A stretch of DNA of 64,000 nucleotides, from positions 2,560,001 through 2,624,000 of the forward strand of contig OZ241867.1 of the NCBI GenBank assembly GCA_965203175.1, written 5' to 3'. The notes beneath the pieces were generated by a model, which did no database searches, was not told where the DNA came from, and saw nothing but the letters and a program-made list of their open reading frames with translations. Shown piece by piece: positions 31,607-40,893 of the stretch (positions are counted from its first letter, which is position 1; each line of letters starts with the position of its first letter). The DNA comes from Candidatus Latescibacterota bacterium (GTDB taxonomy: Bacteria > Latescibacterota > UBA2968 > UBA8231). Position numbers and translations under genes: made by a program.

Positions 31607-32554
31607 TCACCCCTTCCATGCCTGAGCAAAAATGCCGAGTGAGCCGGGCGCGTACCCGGCGTAGTGGTTGTTGAAAAACACGTACGCGGGCTGCTCCGGC
31701 GCAGCCTGTGCCAACTCCCGCACCTGCCGCGCCCACTGCTGGGTCTCAGCGGCGCGGTCCCAGACGAGGCGATCCCAATGTCGTTCCTGTTCGCCCTTGC
31801 GAATTCGCTCCTCGACGTAGGCGTCCATCTTTTTGCGGTCGCCCAAAAAGCGCACGTAGAGGAAGTCGGCGGTTACTGGATTGCTCCGTTCGACGGTGTC
31901 CGCTAAGCCCGGCATGGTGTAGTAGTTGTTCAGCACCAGCGCCACTCCGTGTTCGCGCAGCAGGTCTAACAGTTCCGCCCGCAGCCAACTCCCGTTGCGC
32001 ACTTCCACCGCAAAGCGGAACTCGCCCGTAGGAAGCTGCGGCAAAAACTCCGCTAGGCGCTCGGTGAACGCACTGCCGTACTCGTTTTCGTGCGCGTCCT
32101 GGCCCCGCGCAATGTATGGAAACTGCATCAGCAGCGGCCCCAATCGCTCGCCGAGTGGAGCCATCGCGTCGAGGAATTCCTCCATTTCCCCCATGCAGTC
32201 CACGAGCATTTTTTCGTGGCTGATCACGCGGGGAATTTTGGCGGTAAAGCAAAAGTGCGGAGGCGTCCGCCGCAGCCATCCTTCGATCGCTCTTGGCGTT
32301 GGTACTCGGTACCACGTCGAGTCGATCTCCACACTTTTGAAGACCTTAGCATAGTGCTCGATGTAATCGGCCGCGGCGCAGCCCTCTGGGTAGATCAGCC
32401 CTTCCCAATCCTCATTCGACCAACTCGTCGTCCCCAAAAAGAGTTGCGCGGGCAGCCCCTCTTGCACTTGCTGCATCCGCTCGACGTGCCGGGGCTTAGC
32501 CGGTGGCATAATTTCGGAGAAAAGGTCCTGTTGTTCTGCCACGATTTGCTCCAT
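31607..32554 (-). CDS. DUF72 family protein
   Basis: LGTTSWS...W, SVEIDSTWY, FTAKIPRVISH, LGPLLMQFP, FAVEVRN, YVRFLG, YVFFNNHYAG. Confidence 0.92.
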   Translation of the reverse strand: MEQIVAEQQDLFSEIMPPAKPRHVERMQQVQEGLPAQLFLGTTSWSNEDWEGLIYPEGCAAADYIEHYAKVFKSVEIDSTWYRVPTPRAIEGWLRRTPPHFCFTAKIPRVISHEKMLVDCMGEMEEFLDAMAPLGERLGPLLMQFPYIARGQDAHENEYGSAFTERLAEFLPQLPTGEFRFAVEVRNGSWLRAELLDLLREHGVALVLNNYYTMPGLADTVERSNPVTADFLYVRFLGDRKKMDAYVEERIRKGEQERHWDRLVWDRAAETQQWARQVRELAQAAPEQPAYVFFNNHYAGYAPGSLGIFAQAWKG

Positions 32555-32586
32555 AAAAAAGAGGGCGCGGCACCTACCGCACCCTC
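32555..32586 (-). terminator. Intrinsic terminator after the LysRS gene
   Basis: Minus strand GAGGGTGCGG-TAGGTG-CCGCGCCCTC-TTTTTT. Confidence 0.7.
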
Positions 32587-32614
32587 GCAATTACCGACGA
32601 ATATCCTGTATGCG

Positions 32615-34213
32615 CTATGCTTTCTCCCGCACCATCTTCACCACCTGTTCCTTCCCCACTAGCTGCACGAGCGAACCAAATCGCGGCCCCCGCTCCTGCC
32701 CGAGTACCACCTCGTAAAACATCCGAAACAACTCCTTGGGAGGGATTTCGGCCTCGCGGGCCAAGTCGAATGGAATGGCCTGCAATTCTTCCTCGGTGGC
32801 CCCATTGGCCGCGTTCAGCCGCTCGGCCAACTGTCCTAGGAGTGCTCGCTCCTCGTCTGTAGGCGGACGAAATTGTTTGTTCGGCAGCACCACGTCTCGG
32901 TAGTAGTTAAGACCCTTCTCCACCAGTGCCTGTGTTACCTGCGGATAAGTAGAAGCCTGCGCGTCGTAGCGCGCCAGATATTCCTCCAACACTCCGACCG
33001 AATCCACTCCTAGGGCTGCGATCAGATTGTTGACTGTCGAGAAGTTGACTTGGGACGCGTACTCGGGCACGACTGCGCCGCGGTCGCCGATATGCCACAG
33101 GGCCTGTTCGGGGCGCTGCTCTTCTTCTACATCGGGATAGCTCCGCAGCTCATCGAGATAGTCGTCAACGCACTTGGGGACGATGTCCCAGTGCAGCCGC
33201 TTGGCTCGCTTGGGATTTTGGAATAAGAAAAAGAGTAGGGATTCTATTGGCGCGTACTTCTTCCACGCGTCTACTGTCACTCCCATGCGGCCGGCGCTGC
33301 TCGCCAACCCTCGCCCTTCCTCGTCGAGAAAAAACTCGTAGCACAAGCCGACCGGCGGCTGCTTGCCCATCAGGCGCACGATGCGAGAGGACTGGCGCAC
33401 GGAGTCGACGAGGTCTTTGCCGTACATTTCATAATCAACCTCGTAGGTGTACCAGCGCAGTGCCCAATCGACTTTCCAGCCCACCTTGGCCTTGCCGCCG
33501 AGCACCGACTGTTCACCGCTCTCGCCGCACCCAGTGTAGTGGCCGGTGTCGAGGCTGGTTGTTGAGCTTGCCGAAACGCCGCAGGTGAAGCTCACGGTGC
33601 CCCGGCTGGGGTGGTAGGCGGTGACTTGCGTGGCCATGATCGAGCCGCAGTTGGTACAAATCGGGAAGAAGGGCGACCAGTGCTGGCGGTTTTGTTCCCG
33701 CAGCGTGGGTACGATGATTTGGCGCACCTCTTCGGCTTTGTCTAGGAGCACCGATAGCCCTTCGTCGAAGTCTCCGCGCACGTAGGCCGCACGCGAGCTT
33801 TGGAATTCGTAGTCGAAGCCAGACGCGTCGAAAAACTCGCACAGCTTGGCGTTCATGTGATCGCTGTAACTCTTATAGCGACCAAAGGGGTCTGGGACGG
33901 CGTGTAGGGGTTTGCCGAGGTGGGCGGCGAGCATGTCAGGATTCGGCAAGTTGCTAGGCACCTTGCGCAGGCCATCCATGTCGTCGCTGAAGCAGAGTAG
34001 GCGGGTCTTTAAGCCGTAGAGATACTCGCAGGCGTTGCGCACCCAAGAGGTGCGGACGCCTTCGGAAAAGTGACCTAGATGGGGGAAGCCGCTGGGGCCA
34101 AAGCCGGTCTCGAATAGTACCGGGCGGTCTTCGCTGGGCTGGCGCTGCTTGACAATCTGTGCCGCCTCTTGGAAGGGCCAAGCCCGATGCGTACTGGTCT
34201 GGTTCCTCTCCAT
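32615..34213 (-). CDS. lysK: Class I lysyl-tRNA synthetase (LysRS1) homologue
   Basis: FETGFGPSGFPHLGH, SDDMDGLRKVP, KVGWKVDWALRW, YEMYGKDL, GQERGPRFG. Confidence 0.9.
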   Translation of the reverse strand: MERNQTSTHRAWPFQEAAQIVKQRQPSEDRPVLFETGFGPSGFPHLGHFSEGVRTSWVRNACEYLYGLKTRLLCFSDDMDGLRKVPSNLPNPDMLAAHLGKPLHAVPDPFGRYKSYSDHMNAKLCEFFDASGFDYEFQSSRAAYVRGDFDEGLSVLLDKAEEVRQIIVPTLREQNRQHWSPFFPICTNCGSIMATQVTAYHPSRGTVSFTCGVSASSTTSLDTGHYTGCGESGEQSVLGGKAKVGWKVDWALRWYTYEVDYEMYGKDLVDSVRQSSRIVRLMGKQPPVGLCYEFFLDEEGRGLASSAGRMGVTVDAWKKYAPIESLLFFLFQNPKRAKRLHWDIVPKCVDDYLDELRSYPDVEEEQRPEQALWHIGDRGAVVPEYASQVNFSTVNNLIAALGVDSVGVLEEYLARYDAQASTYPQVTQALVEKGLNYYRDVVLPNKQFRPPTDEERALLGQLAERLNAANGATEEELQAIPFDLAREAEIPPKELFRMFYEVVLGQERGPRFGSLVQLVGKEQVVKMVREKA

Positions 34214-34269
34214 GTGACCTGATCAGTATGAGGCTTATCGAGACGGCGCTTGAGTGAGCGTGCGGCGTC

Positions 34270-34488
34270 TCAGCGATTGCGGAAAGTGATGCGTCCGCGG
34301 CTCAAATCATAGGGCGAAAGGGCCACGGTGACCTGGTCGCCCGGAAGCACGCGAATGTAGTACTTGCGCATCTTGCCGGAAACGTGGGCCATAATCTCGT
34401 GGTTATTTTCCATTTCGCACTTGAAGTAGCCGTTGGGCAGGGCCTCTTTGACCACTGCTTGGACTTCGATCGCTTCTTCTTTGGCCAT
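34270..34488 (-). CDS. infA: Translation initiation factor IF-1
   Basis: MAKEEAIE...EALPNG...[15 protein letters not shown]...[10 protein letters not shown]. Confidence 0.98.
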   Translation of the reverse strand: MAKEEAIEVQAVVKEALPNGYFKCEMENNHEIMAHVSGKMRKYYIRVLPGDQVTVALSPYDLSRGRITFRNR

Positions 34489-34601
34489 TGCTCTCGCCTA
34501 AAGGAGATGGTGGCGGCGTTCTCCGCGCCACGGAAAAAGCAGCCGCTAGAGCGGCTTGCAAAGAATGTTAAGAGTACGCTTTGACTGAGCAAAAGTCAAA
34601 C

Positions 34602-35537
34602 TCATTCGACCAAGTAATTCACATCGTACGAGGCGTGTTTGACTGCCTCGATCGTCGCTAGATGAGGGGCTAGCTGCTGGACTCTGCCGTAGTATTGGAC
34701 GGCTTCTGCATATCGCTCGGTCTTTTCGCAGATCATGCCGAGGTTGTGCAGGGCTGGGATGTGATCGCCGGACAGCGCGATGACCTGCCTAAAGGCCGCT
34801 TCGGCCTCGACGAGCTTGCCGAGGCCGAGGTGGGCGAGGCCCTTGGCGAAGAACATGCTCTCGTTGTCTTGCTCGTACTCGACGGCCTTGGCCAGCACGG
34901 CGAGCGCCAACTTGGGCTGTTGGGCTTGCAGCCGCACGAGCCCGAGGCTGTAGTAAGCGCGGGCTAGGGCGCGGCGCGCACCGCGATATGTAAAATCGAC
35001 CTGCAACAGGGTCTCTAGGTGTTCGATGGACTTTTTGAAGTCGCCGACCTTGTGATATGCCACGGCCATGTTGAAGCGGGCGTTGACGTGATCGGGCTGG
35101 ATTGAGATGACTTTTTCTAGGTATTCGATACCCTCGGCTTGACGCTCGGTGCGGCAGAGCAAGGTCCCTAGCCCAGCCATGGCTTCGACCATCAGCGAAT
35201 CTAGCCGCAGAGCCTCCTTGTAGTGGTGTTCGGCTTCGCGGTCGTATCCTTGGACGTGGAGAATGACCGCGAGGTTGCAGTGTGCCTCGGCATAGTCGGG
35301 GTCGAGCTGCAATGCCTCGAGCAGCAGCCTTTTGGCCTCGTACTTTTGCCCGTCGTCAAAGTACGCGTTAGCGAGGAGAACGCGCAGCTGCGGGTTGTAG
35401 GGTTCGATGGTGACCTTGGCGTTGAGATAGCGGATTTTCTCTTTGGCCCAGAGGTTGTACCCCCGCTTGTCTTGGCGCTGAGCCTGGCCCTCGCTGCACA
35501 GCAAGGACAGCAATAGAAATAAGAGCACGGGCTTCAT
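34602..35537 (-). CDS. Secreted tetratricopeptide repeat protein
   Basis: Signal peptide; repeated AHCNLA, ARFNMA, ALHNLG TPR units. Confidence 0.85.
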   Translation of the reverse strand: MKPVLLFLLLSLLCSEGQAQRQDKRGYNLWAKEKIRYLNAKVTIEPYNPQLRVLLANAYFDDGQKYEAKRLLLEALQLDPDYAEAHCNLAVILHVQGYDREAEHHYKEALRLDSLMVEAMAGLGTLLCRTERQAEGIEYLEKVISIQPDHVNARFNMAVAYHKVGDFKKSIEHLETLLQVDFTYRGARRALARAYYSLGLVRLQAQQPKLALAVLAKAVEYEQDNESMFFAKGLAHLGLGKLVEAEAAFRQVIALSGDHIPALHNLGMICEKTERYAEAVQYYGRVQQLAPHLATIEAVKHASYDVNYLVE

Positions 35538-36823
35538 GGTTGGAATTTCTGAATCCGATCGTTGAACGTATCGGCCACGTAAATGAATCCCTCGGCATCG
35601 CGGGCGATGCCGCCGGCTACGACCTCGCGCTCGCCCTCTTCGCCAGTAGCCATATCGACGACAACTTGGATGCGGCCTGTGAAGCGGAACTGATCGTCCT
35701 CTTCGCCCTCTTCGCCCCAGCGCGTCAGGTAGTGCCCTCGCTGGAACACCTCAATGCGGCTGTGGCCGGCATTGACCACGAAAGCGCGGTCGGCGGCTTC
35801 ATCGACGGCAAAATCGGTGGGCCGCAACAAAAGCCCGTTGCCGCGATCCTGATGCGATTTGGGATCGCGGCCAATGACGCGGCTGGCCGTGGCGCGCTGT
35901 GGGTCGTCGTACACGACTAGGCGGGGTGACTGCCAGTCATCAGCGCGCAGGGCCAATGGCTCGATCAGCGCGGCGAAGCGCCCTTGCCAAAGTCGCAGAC
36001 TAGCCACCAGCAGGGCTGGGATGGCGTACTGGATCTGCTGTTCGCCTGCTTGGTCGAATAGCTGCAATTGGCTGATGCTTTCGACGTAGATGGCATCGCT
36101 GTCGACGACAATGTGGCGGGCGAACAGCCCGGCTAGCGGACGCGTCCACAGCAGCCGACCGTCTGGGGCGAATTTTGCCCAAAAGGCCTCTGGCTTCTGG
36201 CTTGGGCGGTGCAGGTTGTACACCACGTAGAGATGATCTTCGTCATCGAGGGCCAGTGCTGGCCCGTCCAATGCGCTCGTTTCCATACAGGCCAGTGGCT
36301 CAGTAGTATAGACCCATGCGTCTAAGGAGCGGCCCGCGTGGTCAAAGCGCTCGACGCGCCCCCTGCCCGCGCCGACGACAAAGACCGTGCCGTTGCGGCT
36401 GATGGCCAGCCGCGTGGGGGTCGTACCCTCGGCTAGTGCCCAGCTTGCGACGCGGCGGTGGAACCGGCCTGCGGCAGTCGTGCTGATTAGCTCGTGTACG
36501 GTCTCGTCCTCGCCGTAGAAGCTGGCGATCCGGTAGCGGTACTGCGTGTTGGCCAACAGGCCGACGTCTGTATAGGTGGTGTCGGCCGCGGATTCCACGC
36601 GCGCTATGGCCGCGAACTCGCTCCCTGCGGCGCGCTGGATTTCACCGTAGAGAAAGCCTGATGAAGGCACTGGGTGCCAGACCAAGTGCGCGGCAGCCTC
36701 CTCACTGGAGAAGGTCGCTTTGAGCATGGGGGGATCCGCAAGCCAAGGCGGGACCTTCTTACCGGCGAAGGGACCAACGCAGGCGACGAGCGCTGCGGCG
36801 AGGCAAAAAAAGAGTTTATTCAT
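35534..36823 (-). CDS. Lipoprotein with FN3 domain and NHL beta-propeller repeats
   Basis: Lipobox LVAC; YTDVGLLANTQYRYRI (FN3); IYVADTFNDRIQKF (NHL). Confidence 0.75.
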   Translation of the reverse strand: MNKLFFCLAAALVACVGPFAGKKVPPWLADPPMLKATFSSEEAAAHLVWHPVPSSGFLYGEIQRAAGSEFAAIARVESAADTTYTDVGLLANTQYRYRIASFYGEDETVHELISTTAAGRFHRRVASWALAEGTTPTRLAISRNGTVFVVGAGRGRVERFDHAGRSLDAWVYTTEPLACMETSALDGPALALDDEDHLYVVYNLHRPSQKPEAFWAKFAPDGRLLWTRPLAGLFARHIVVDSDAIYVESISQLQLFDQAGEQQIQYAIPALLVASLRLWQGRFAALIEPLALRADDWQSPRLVVYDDPQRATASRVIGRDPKSHQDRGNGLLLRPTDFAVDEAADRAFVVNAGHSRIEVFQRGHYLTRWGEEGEEDDQFRFTGRIQVVVDMATGEEGEREVVAGGIARDAEGFIYVADTFNDRIQKFQP

Positions 36824-36882
36824 AGCGCCAAATAGATAGGCCCGCCCTCCCGCAATGTCAAGAAATATGAGGAGCGATCTAT

Positions 36883-39525
36883 TCACCGCGCGGTTTGGGG
36901 TTTAATGGTGCAGGTGGGACAGACGCGCCGCAGGTGTTCGCGCCGCACCTGCCACAGGTCGTGGGCCTTCACCAATTCGCATTCGGCCTGCCCGACCTTG
37001 CCCCGCCGCTGCAACTTCCTCCGGTCGAGTGTTGAGTCCAGCTTGTGGGTTGGGACCGGGCAGGGGCCATTGCGAAAGGCCAGCCCCAAGATCTCGTCCG
37101 CGGTCCCATCCTCGCGCACGATGCGGTCTGGAATTGCAAAAGATTCAATGCAGCCGCAGGGCACGGACATCTCGGCCACGTGATAGGCCGTGCTCGTATC
37201 GTGCGTCGTGCCCAGCGCGAGGATGTAGCCGCCGCCGTGCACCAATTTGCCGATCGGGCTATCTGGGGCCCAGATGCCGGCTTCGAGGTGTCCGTGGCAA
37301 TAGTCGCTGGCTCGCGGCCCAATCGCCGCCACTGCGTGAGTGGGATGCATGCTGCGCTCGGCCTCTGTGCGCCGCCACAGCGCGTCTGGAATCGCGCCAT
37401 TGGTGGTGGGTGTGGTCAGTCGGTTGAAGACTTTCGCCGCACGGTGGTTGAACGAAGGTGCCAGCAGAGTTCCTCGCTTGCCGACCGCCTGCAAGAGCGC
37501 ATCGACGACGGTTTCAGCGCCGCCCTCGACAAAGCCGATGGCCGACAGGGAGCTGTGGACCATCAAATCCATGCCTGGGGTGACACCCAAGCGGCGCAAA
37601 TCCTTCACTAGTTCCTTGCGGCCGATCATCTTGGCCGGGTCGGTCAACGCGGCATAGCCCAATTCAGCGTGTGCTGCGAAGTAATCGTGCACCCGCTTGA
37701 CGGTGACGGGCCCTTCCGTCCGCGGTCCGGCTGGATAGTCGGCTTCCTCGCAGGCAATGCGCTCGGCGATTTCGCCCAGATTCCGGCGTCCGTCGGCCCA
37801 AAACAGTGCCCACGGCGATAGCTGTGCAGCCGAGATGCGCGCATTGATCGCGGCTGGCGCGTTTTCGCCGGTCGGTGAGAGCACTGCCGTGCGCCGAGGC
37901 ACCAGCCGCGCTTGGGCTGTGCGCCGCGCTTGCTTGTCCGGTAGCGCGGTTTCGGCTGCGGCGGTCGCCACTTGCCGCTCGCTTTCGTCCATGGCCTCCA
38001 AGATCTCGCGCCGACTGCCCCCCCAGAGCCAGCGCGCCAGCCGTCGCACGCTGCGGCTGTGTGCCTCGCGCACGTACTCGGCCTCGGCTCGAGGCCGCTT
38101 TTTCTTGTGTAATACGGAGAGGAAGTGCTGGGTCTCGGTGCGGATCAGCTCCCCCACCTCGCGGCTGCCCATGTCGGCCAAGTAGTACAGATAGGCCGCC
38201 ATCGAGGCCGCGCAGGTCTCCAGCCCTCGCGGGCTGAGCAGTGCTTCCACGTCGGCCGAAGAGTGGTAGGCGTCAAAGCCGCGCCCGCTCTTGCTGTGAT
38301 GCGTGGTGATCCAAGGACAGGGAAATCCGTACTGAGGATCGCCGATCAAGGTGTCAGCCGTCGACATGAACCTTTCTAGATGCACTCGATAGCCAGGCTT
38401 GTGTTGCCGCACTCCGGCCCGCAAAATAGTCTCGCCGACTCGGTCGACGAAACCCGCCGACATGGGGATCGTCGCGTGCCACTCCAGCCGGCTTTCGCAG
38501 ACAGGAGGCCGGGAGCCAACCGAGTCGATACACACGCCGGCCAACGGAGTCTGCAAGCGCCGCACCCTTTCTAGATAGGCGAAAAATCCGTAGCACTCAT
38601 AGGCGTTGAGCAGGCGAATGGTGCGCTTGGGGCGCGCGAGTTTTCCCGCGCGGATAAGCCCTTCGATCACGCGGGCTATCTCTAGGGTAGTGGCCACGCC
38701 CGAAGCGTTGTCTATGGCCCCTGGCTCGCCGCTGTGCGCGATGGCCCACACTTCGTCCTGCGGATCACCTGCTCCCTTGATGACGCCGCTGACCACGTCG
38801 TGGCTGCCGACGTATTTGCGGATATCGGCTCTTACGTGCAGGGTTAGAGGACCGTGCTTCTGCGCTAGCCGCCGCAGTCGCTTCCCTTGCTGCTCAGAGA
38901 TCACAAAGCCCACCAACCGCGCTGTCGCATGAGCTAGGGGTATTGCACCCCATCCGAATTTGGTCCACGCGACTGCGTTGGGCAGGTTGGGCACCGGCCG
39001 GTCGGCGATGACTGCGGTGGCTCCCTTAGCGGCTAAAAGACCGAGGTTAGAGCGCGGGTCTAGCTTGGTCAGCACAATCGCACCAGCAAGTCCGTCGGTT
39101 GGCTGGCGTTGGATGTCTTCGACTTGATCGAGAATCACGAGCCGCAGTCGCAGGCCGCTTGCCGGGGTCGCTGCGCTCCACTGGATGACGTGCCAGGGGT
39201 TCTCCTGCCAATCCAGCACCCGTTTGGCGAGCGGGTGTACCACATCCACAGTCGCGCCCACCACATCGGCGGCCTCGCGGATGATCCACCGGCCCGACCC
39301 AATCCGCCCTCCGGTCTGGATGGACTCGACCTCCACGCGCGCGCCAGCGGCCTCATAGCGGCTCGTTAGCGTGGCTGTCGTTTCGCCGAAGCGATCAAAC
39401 GAATTCCACCGATCGGTCTGTACAACGTCTCGCACCGCCGCCATCATCTCCCGCCCATTCGCCTGCTGCAATATTAGCGGCAAGGTTTGGCGACAGAGCC
39501 GCTGCAATGATTTCGCGCTAGGCAT
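36883..39525 (-). CDS. DUF4910/M28 aminopeptidase-like domain fused to a C-terminal AAC(3) acetyltransferase
   Basis: PA-like insert, AHSGEPGAIDNASG, YHSSAD, ADGRRNLGEIAE; then LGVTPGMDLMVHSSLS, RSMHPTHAVAAIG, STAYHVAE. Confidence 0.8.
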   Translation of the reverse strand: MPSAKSLQRLCRQTLPLILQQANGREMMAAVRDVVQTDRWNSFDRFGETTATLTSRYEAAGARVEVESIQTGGRIGSGRWIIREAADVVGATVDVVHPLAKRVLDWQENPWHVIQWSAATPASGLRLRLVILDQVEDIQRQPTDGLAGAIVLTKLDPRSNLGLLAAKGATAVIADRPVPNLPNAVAWTKFGWGAIPLAHATARLVGFVISEQQGKRLRRLAQKHGPLTLHVRADIRKYVGSHDVVSGVIKGAGDPQDEVWAIAHSGEPGAIDNASGVATTLEIARVIEGLIRAGKLARPKRTIRLLNAYECYGFFAYLERVRRLQTPLAGVCIDSVGSRPPVCESRLEWHATIPMSAGFVDRVGETILRAGVRQHKPGYRVHLERFMSTADTLIGDPQYGFPCPWITTHHSKSGRGFDAYHSSADVEALLSPRGLETCAASMAAYLYYLADMGSREVGELIRTETQHFLSVLHKKKRPRAEAEYVREAHSRSVRRLARWLWGGSRREILEAMDESERQVATAAAETALPDKQARRTAQARLVPRRTAVLSPTGENAPAAINARISAAQLSPWALFWADGRRNLGEIAERIACEEADYPAGPRTEGPVTVKRVHDYFAAHAELGYAALTDPAKMIGRKELVKDLRRLGVTPGMDLMVHSSLSAIGFVEGGAETVVDALLQAVGKRGTLLAPSFNHRAAKVFNRLTTPTTNGAIPDALWRRTEAERSMHPTHAVAAIGPRASDYCHGHLEAGIWAPDSPIGKLVHGGGYILALGTTHDTSTAYHVAEMSVPCGCIESFAIPDRIVREDGTADEILGLAFRNGPCPVPTHKLDSTLDRRKLQRRGKVGQAECELVKAHDLWQVRREHLRRVCPTCTIKPQTAR

Positions 39526-39574
39526 GGTCTCCTCCTTTTTTGCTACTAATAAAGGTCGGCGCGTGGATTGGAAC

Positions 39575-39620
39575 AAAAAAGCGGGGAGCTAGCGGACGAA
39601 AAGTCCACCAGCTCCCCGCT
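39575..39620 (-). terminator. Intrinsic terminator after the small HTH gene
   Basis: Minus strand AGCGGGGAGCTGGTGGAC-TTTTC-GTCCGCTAGCTCCCCGC-TTTTTT. Confidence 0.8.
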
Positions 39621-39646
39621 GGCCGCGCGCGGTGTGCGATGCTTAT

Positions 39647-39904
39647 TTAGTTAAGATCGAGGACCTCCTCTAGCGCCTCGATCTCTTGCAGGTCGAGGTC
39701 GATATCTTCTAAGAGATCGCCGTCGCGCTGGCGGTAGAACTCCTCGCGCCGCCGTCGCTTGCGCGCATAGGGGGTCTCAATGTTGTAGAGCCGGCAGAGC
39801 CGGCTGAAACTGCCCGGGGCGATACCCAGCGCGCGGCTGGCTTCTTGGTTGCTCGCGTAAATGCGTGCCGCGCGCTTGATGCGTTCTGGCTCGATTTTGC
39901 GCAT
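39647..39904 (-). CDS. Small Fis-like helix-turn-helix protein
   Basis: ASNQEASRALGIAPGSFSRLCRLYNI HTH pattern; GGAGAG RBS; own terminator. Confidence 0.7.
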   Translation of the reverse strand: MRKIEPERIKRAARIYASNQEASRALGIAPGSFSRLCRLYNIETPYARKRRRREEFYRQRDGDLLEDIDLDLQEIEALEEVLDLN

Positions 39905-39958
39905 GAGTTGTTTTCTCTCCAGATCTTCATTTGGTGCGAAGTTCGACGAAATTCAACG

Positions 39959-40015
39959 AAAAAAGCCGCAGCATTTTTGCGCCGCAGCCATCAAAAAAGC
40001 CGCTGGAAAGCGGCT
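39959..40015 (-). terminator. Two tandem hairpin+U-tract terminators in the leader of the 39647 gene
   Basis: Minus strand AGCCGCT-TTCC-AGCGGCT-TTTTT, then GCTGCGGC-GCAAAAAT-GCTGCGGC-TTTTTT (second stem uses G-U pairs). Confidence 0.6.
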
Positions 40016-40569
40016 GTATCGAAATCGATGTATCGCCGGTTTCCGGGACGCAAAAGTGCCCTCCTTCTCGAAAGCGCTGTCCCGAAAACCCCGTGGGAAA
40101 ATCCCTGCACGCGCAATCAATCGCCTAAGACGATGCGAATGCGAGGTAAGTTCCCGATTCGGCTGTGCGTTTTAGCCAGCCGATGCACGCAACCTGAAGA
40201 GTCGTGCGTGTATCCTAGGGATTGGGACGAACGCGCAACGCGCGGATGCTGTTCGTAGCCCGCATATTTGGGACCGTATGGCCGCCCCCATCGGGGAGTC
40301 GGCTCCTGAGAGTACTACACGAGAATCGACGTGCGAAGAGAATCATTATATGAGGCCCTCCTCTCATGGTGATGTGCAATTTGTTTTGCACGATTTTTGA
40401 CTGCCTCTTAGTTTCACTTTCAAGGTGATATATTGTCAAGGAAAAAATGCCTAAGAATAGAAAAAAAAGAACTTTACGTCATTTTCTGAATATCTCTTGA
40501 TTAATCTGCATATTTATCAATCAATCTGCGTCAAATGGCGCGAATCCCCTAACGACTAAGGAGACCATT

Positions 40570-40890
40570 ATGTATTCGATTGGTTTAGCCATGCGGCTGC
40601 GACCCAATGCGTACGCCGAGTACAAACAGGCCCACGACGACCTGTGGCCCGAAATCGCCGACAGCATGACCGACAACGAGGTCAGCATGGCCATCTACCG
40701 CTTGGACGAATACCTCATCATCCACGCGGTCGCCCCCACCGAGGAAGACTGGCTCAAGAGCCGTCAAGTGCCCATCCTAGAAGAGTGGTACGACTATATG
40801 GCCCAGTTGTTGGAGACCGACGCCGAAGGGGAGATCATCTTCGAGGAGCTGCCTGAAGCCTTTGCCTTCGGCATGTTCAAGGAAGCGTGA
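40570..40890 (+). CDS. L-rhamnose mutarotase (RhaM/DUF718) family protein
   Basis: MRLRPNAYAEYKQAHDDLWPEI...EEWYDYMAQLLE; AAGGAG RBS. Confidence 0.78.
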   Translation: MYSIGLAMRLRPNAYAEYKQAHDDLWPEIADSMTDNEVSMAIYRLDEYLIIHAVAPTEEDWLKSRQVPILEEWYDYMAQLLETDAEGEIIFEELPEAFAFGMFKEA

Positions 40891-40893
40891 ACG

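Noticed and set aside
39930-40300. tmRNA or RNase P RNA in the long intergenic region
   Set aside because: No T-arm plus CCACCA acceptor end and no GAGGAAAGTCC/P4 consensus on either strand.
40291-40345. Possible TPP riboswitch (GGGGAGTC...CTGAGA)
   Set aside because: The downstream ACCTGA and P5 elements are not found in the required order, and no thiamine gene follows.
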